DNA from: Asterias rubens
Taxonomy: Eukaryota
Assembly (NCBI RefSeq): GCF_902459465.1
Contig: NC_047083.1
Span: forward strand, 2,728,001-2,792,000
DNA length: 64,000 nucleotides
Direction of reading: 5' to 3'
Both the position numbers and the translations under genes were made by a program. This document shows positions 59,401 to 64,000 of the stretch, in pieces. The notes beneath the pieces were generated by a model that saw only the letters and a list, made by a program, of their open reading frames with translations, ran no database searches and was not told the DNA's origin. Numbering within the stretch: the stretch's first letter is position 1; every line of letters starts with the position of its first letter.

Positions 59401-62366
59401 TAGTCTCCATTCAAGTCGTATTGCATGTGGTTTAGATTAATTAAAATCACCATCACAATACGATTTCCACCTTTAAGTGCTAGTGTTTATGGAGCATGTA
59501 CACCATGTTTCAGCATGTTTGCGTTTTTCGTAAAGTGAGGAGTTGTTTCAAGTTTTAATAAATAATTTCCTCCATGGAAAAATATAAGAAGAAAAAAAGA
59601 AAGACATGTTTTGTCCTTGTTGAAGCTATACTTTAAAGTAATGTATATTTACATGCAGCTGTTCCACCTTTCTACCCTACTCCCTCCGTAGGATCTAGCA
59701 ATGGGTGGGATGCGAATCTCTGTGAACTACACTTGGAACAAGGACGTCCTTCAGTCCCTGAATGGCATTGCACATTTTCATTCGGTTCCAACAGGATGGC
59801 AGAACATGATGGCAAAGCTACTTTCAGATACAGGTGACGTTTGTTTAGAACTTTGGAGTGCGTTTTGGCGACCCCAACCAAAAACTGTTTCTGACGTCAT
59901 AACCAAAACGGTAACCGAGCTCTCAACTCGGTTATCGTTCAGTCTGAACAGCAGAACCAACGACCAACAACCGAAACAGTTTTTGGTTGGGGTCGCCAAC
60001 ACGCACTCCTAGACTCCACACAAGCTTGACTTGTTCACTTCAAACATCATCTGAAAGGTCTTTATAAATCCAAACAAATGCTACACCTGACCCTGTTTGA
60101 TCATTCCGATTCAAACGGGAAGTAACAATCCAATGTAAAAAAAAAAATCCTGAACCGCCCATTTGATTTATACATATCAAACATCATCTGAAATGTCATT
60201 AAGGGCCAAACAAACCATAAACAAAGTGTGACCCCATTTGGTCCCGACTTCCAGTTCAAACAGGAAGTCTGAAAAAAATACACATTGGATTTTTACAATC
60301 TTTTGCATGAAAATTGTCAAGTAATGCTACAAATTTATGACTTTCTAGATCCACGATGCAAGTACATGTAAATATTTCTCTATAAAATGAAGTCATAGTC
60401 TAAAAAACAATTGTCATGATTTATTTCAGACTGGTGTACCGATGTCTTTTTGCCGACATCGGTTAAAAGACTAAAGGAAGCTTTTGATCACTTCACCGCT
60501 GGACTGAAACAACTTGGCGTTCCCTTTCACGGTGGACCCGCAGGGCTCTATCTTTGGGCTGATTTTTCAAAGGTGTGTACCATACGTCGTTTGTGAGAGA
60601 AACATGACATTGTTTGCTTTAGGGCAAACCTCAACATTTATGTCTATTAAGTGGTGCCGCATTGCTTCATTTTTGGTCCATCTTTGGGCATTTTTGTTAC
60701 TTAACAAAAGTTAATTACATGTATATAGATAGGTATCATAATCTATATAATGGTGGACAGAATCGTTTGTTTGAAAAGCGATGAAAATAGAGACAAAAAA
60801 ACTTTTGGGATGACCTGCCATTAATCTCAACCCGTCTTCCCAGAACCATCTCTTTCTACAAGATATTACTTTTACATGAAACAACATTTGTTTTACTTTA
60901 AAATCTATCTTTATAAAATCTATCTTTATCTCAATGCTTCGTTTCACAGTTTCTTTCAGCCCCTACTGCAGAGGCCGAGATTGAGTTCCATCACAAGTTA
61001 ATCAAGGCAGGTGTCGAGTTCTCTCCGTCTCTACTCTGCCGAGGCAGTGAAAGAGGATGGTTCCGCGTGGTGTTTGCTCGCAAGCTGAACATTCTAGAAC
61101 TCGGTATGTATATTAATAATTATAATCCACACATGATCTACATTCAAGAACAATAATTTGGTTATCATTTTGAAACCACAGTGTCAGACAGAAGGAGCTG
61201 ACTGTGTACTTTGCAGATGTATTCAACACACGATATTATGCAGGCGGGCATAGTTTATCTATCCGTCAAAACCACAGTGAATGGAATTAGTGAGACAGTA
61301 TATGGGGGGCTGACTGCGTACTGTGCAAATACATTCACAAAGTGTTTTATATTTATTTTGTTTGTGCAAGTCGCTAGACACACAAGGTCGATAGACCACT
61401 CCAAGGTGTGGGCTACAATTATCAACAATTTTTTTGTGGGGGGCCGTTGCCATTTGGCTGAAACAGAGCATAGAGTAAGGACAGCTATGAACAGAGTTAC
61501 CCCCTTAAAGACAGTGGACACTATTGGTAATTGTTAAAGACTAGCCTTCACAGTTGGTGTCAAACCTGTGAAAATTTGAGCTCAATCGGTCATCGAAGTT
61601 GCGAGATAATAAGGAAATAAAAGAAAAAAAAACCTTGCAACACGAAGTTGTGTGTGTTTAGAGAGTTGGTTTCGAGACCTCAAGATCTAAACATGAGGTC
61701 CCGAAATCAAATTCGTGGATTATTACTTCTTTTTCGAAAACTATGGCACTGCAGAGGGAGCCGTTTCTCACAATGTTTTATACTATCAACCTCTCCCCAT
61801 TACTGGTCACAAAGAAAGGTTTTTTGTCAATAATTATTTTGAGTAACTACCAATAGTGTCCACTGCCTTTAACAGTCCATACGGATGATGTCCAGGCTGG
61901 CATAATGTCGATATCACAATGGATGATCATTTGAATGATCGGCAATAATGTAGGAGGGTTGACTGTGTACGGTCTATGGTTTGATACATTCAGCCCGTAT
62001 TAAAACCTTCAGCCTTTATTTAAAAAAATTCAGCCGTTATTAAAACTGTCATTCTTAATAAAGTCACCTGGAAATAGAATTTATTTTCTTCAAACATTAG
62101 AGTATATGTTCCTGAACAATGACATAATTTTTTTGAGTAATTGTTTTTAACCGTAAGCCTTTATTAAAACCAAGTTGTGGAGTGTTGGCGTCCGTAAGTC
62201 TATGTTACATTGTCTGCAATGCTTTGATGTCCGTACAACTCTACTATTTTGTTTTGTTATAGTTTTGCCGTTCGTTTTTATTGTTCATCATAAGTTAATT
62301 TAAAGTTTTGTTTGATTCTTTTTTAACACAGCTCTGGAACGAATCCAGCGAGCATTGCAGTCTTAA
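50437..62366 (+). CDS. ACCS: 1-aminocyclopropane-1-carboxylate synthase-like PLP enzyme (aminotransferase class I/II), 429 aa
   Basis: Exons 50437-50559, 54215-54274, 55500-55646, 55839-55905, 56350-56447, 58448-58525, 58717-58817, 59251-59392, 59692-59833, 60430-60572, 60950-61103 and 62332-62366 (1290 nt). Motifs GVINMSISENRL, VPAPYY, NPNNPLG, DEVY, WTFSK|D (PLP lysine), GMR and GWFRV. Confidence 0.9.
50866..53891. mobile_element. 3,026-bp non-autonomous foldback DNA transposon (TAT..ATA ends, ATCGAT TSD, 800-900-bp TIRs)
   Basis: TATGGCGTGTCAAACGTTGCA ... TGCAACGTTTGACACGCCATA, with ATCGAT at 50860-50865 and 53892-53897. A single ATCGAT occupies the paralogous empty site at 49374-49379. 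Confidence 0.92.
54478..54626. mobile_element. Palindromic MITE (GGGTGCGTTCG...CGAACGCACCC)
   Basis: Long TIRs; second copy at 56059-56210. Confidence 0.85.
55078..55451. mobile_element. Kolobok-type MITE family A
   Basis: TTAA at 55074-55077 and 55452-55455. Confidence 0.85.
56880..57300. repeat. Degenerate array of palindromic units (CCGGAC..TGCATATGCA..GTCCG), probably transposon-internal
   Basis: About 29-bp units at about 56925-57040 and 57240-57300. Confidence 0.6.
57404..57574. mobile_element. Harbinger-like palindromic MITE
   Basis: Same family as 36868-37041; CAG/CTG flanks. Confidence 0.85.
58026..58402. mobile_element. Kolobok-type MITE family A
   Basis: AGGCAGTGGAAAC ... GTGTCCACTGCCT-TTAA. 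Confidence 0.85.
61509..61868. mobile_element. Kolobok-type MITE family A
   Basis: TTAA at 61505-61508 and 61869-61872. Confidence 0.85.
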
Positions 62367-62697
62367 GCTTCACTCTGCCGTCAGTAGATGGATTTGGCGC
62401 GATACAAATAAATAAATAAACAAAAACTCAAAACAGAGCATCACTTGTGAAGGTGGTAATTGACTATGTAGCTGTTGCATAAATACTGGTAACGAGCAAT
62501 GGAGAGTTGTTGTTAGTATAAAACATCGTGAGAAACGGCTCCCTCTGAGGTAACGAAGTTTTCGAGAAAGAGGTAATTTCTCACACATAAAAATACAGGT
62601 CTGAAACCTTTAATCAGGCATATATAAAAGCACACACAATATTGTACAACATGGGTGTTTTTTCTTTCATTATCCTCTTGCAAATTTGATGACCAAT

Positions 62698-62839
62698 AGG
62701 AGACTTTCCAACGCTAGGTGGCAGCAGACATACCGGGTAAATTTCCATTGTTTACGTAGTTCTGAACATGCGCATAATTCTGAGAACAATGGATTTACCC
62801 GATAAGTCTGCTGCCCTCTATCGTCCCAGAAAGTCTCCC
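62698..62839. mobile_element. 142-bp GGGAGAC-type MITE nested in a Kolobok-type MITE fragment
   Basis: AT flanks; same position in the host as 19348-19489. Confidence 0.7.
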
Positions 62840-64000
62840 ATTGGCATTCACGTGATAAGAAGACCAAGGTAGCAAGCCCATATATTGGGCCCATATGGAC
62901 AAGATCTGGGCCGGGGCCAACCCATGTGGTAGCCTACCTATGTTCCCATTTGAGTCCCCTTTTAATCGAAGCAGTGTATTTTCCTAAAATGTTAAACTAC
63001 TTTATTCATTTTGTTATTATTAATCATCATTATCATCATGGGATATAAATAGTACAAGTGAATTTAAAAACATTTCTTGAGAACAAAAATAAAGCAAAAA
63101 GGTATTCAAAGCCACAGTGTGCAATGTGGTATACAGTATGTACATGTACGACGTCCGTGTCCGTGAGTTGCATTGTTATGACTGACACGCCTATTTCCGA
63201 CAGTTTCCGGTTCCAGACTAGCGCGGAGTATCCGCTCACAACCGGTTATAAACACTGGTCATTATCAAAGGTTTAAACACCCCCACGTGACGCGCTCACC
63301 ACCAATAGGAATAGCGAAACTGTCTGAGGTATTTATGAAAAACATAGCAGACAAGTGAGACTGGCGACGAACCCCCCCCCCCCCCCCCTCAAACGATTAC
63401 AAGCAGACAGGCACTACCTACTTCACAAAGATGACCCTGTCAAATAATGCCAAGGCCTGTAGCTTAGAGTCTTCATCAGTAAAAAGGTGAGGGATGAAAC
63501 CAAAGACATTTTCACGAATTAGATGCAGCTCTAAGTTTATCAATCACATTATCCGTCACTTCAAACAAGGTAATTTTTATCATCAAAATTTACCTAAATA
63601 TACCACTGAGGAAAAATGTTCGCCATCTATGGGTTGATGTGGAGCTGTTGATGAAGAGTATTCTCTAAAAGAACTGAGAATTGGTAAAGTTTTGTATTAA
63701 ACTGTAACCGAGAATGTTTAATGCCGCACAAAAAGGATTTCCCATCATGAGTGTGACGTCATTCAGCTAGCGAAGCTGGGCACGTCTTGTGATGGCTCTG
63801 TTTGGCACAGTATTTTGACCAAAATACGTCTAGACTCCAGACTATAGCTGCTACAATTTCCCAGTTCATTAGAATTGTGTTCGAAAGATGTGCGACAAAG
63901 GTATGTTCAATATGTAAACCTGTGGTCATTCGGTTTATTAATGTTCGGGCACCCGGTGAATAACCTAGCACTCCCTAGAATAGGAGACTTTCCAACACTA

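Noticed and set aside
32149-62366. BCAT and ACCS-like as a PLP-enzyme gene cluster
   Set aside because: They have different PLP folds (IV versus I), opposite strands and an unrelated peptidase between them; no evidence of co-regulation.

Overview
AT-rich, repeat-dense animal genomic DNA; an invertebrate deuterostome, probably a sea star or other echinoderm (inference). I reconstructed six spliced genes by hand, checking exon phases and splice sites. They are LIN7 (-), head-to-head with SAMM50 (+, 12 exons, 469 aa); an uncharacterised DUF829/TMEM53-family alpha/beta-hydrolase with a mitochondrial-type N-terminus (-); BCAT (-, 11 exons, 398 aa); an archaemetzincin (-, 2 exons); and an ACC-synthase-like PLP enzyme (+, 12 exons, 429 aa) whose promoter, exon 1 and intron 1 are tandemly duplicated. 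Introns and intergenic DNA hold Kolobok-type TTAA MITEs, Harbinger-like palindromic MITEs, tRNA-derived SINEs, L2 LINE tails and tandem arrays. Best observations: (1) Two unrelated non-autonomous elements share TAT...ATA ends and 6-bp TSDs (IS3EU-type signature). One is a 401-bp near-perfect palindrome of two back-to-back tRNA-like heads that inserted between the G and T of a BCAT splice donor and regenerated it. The other is a 3,026-bp foldback element whose empty site survives in the neighbouring duplicate. (2) Decayed Penelope-type minimal hammerhead motifs, one overlapping a BCAT 5' splice site. (3) Inverted repeat copies bracket SAMM50 exon 9. (4) The archaemetzincin coding tail has expanded into a tandem array. 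Family assignments are from recall of motifs, not database searches.
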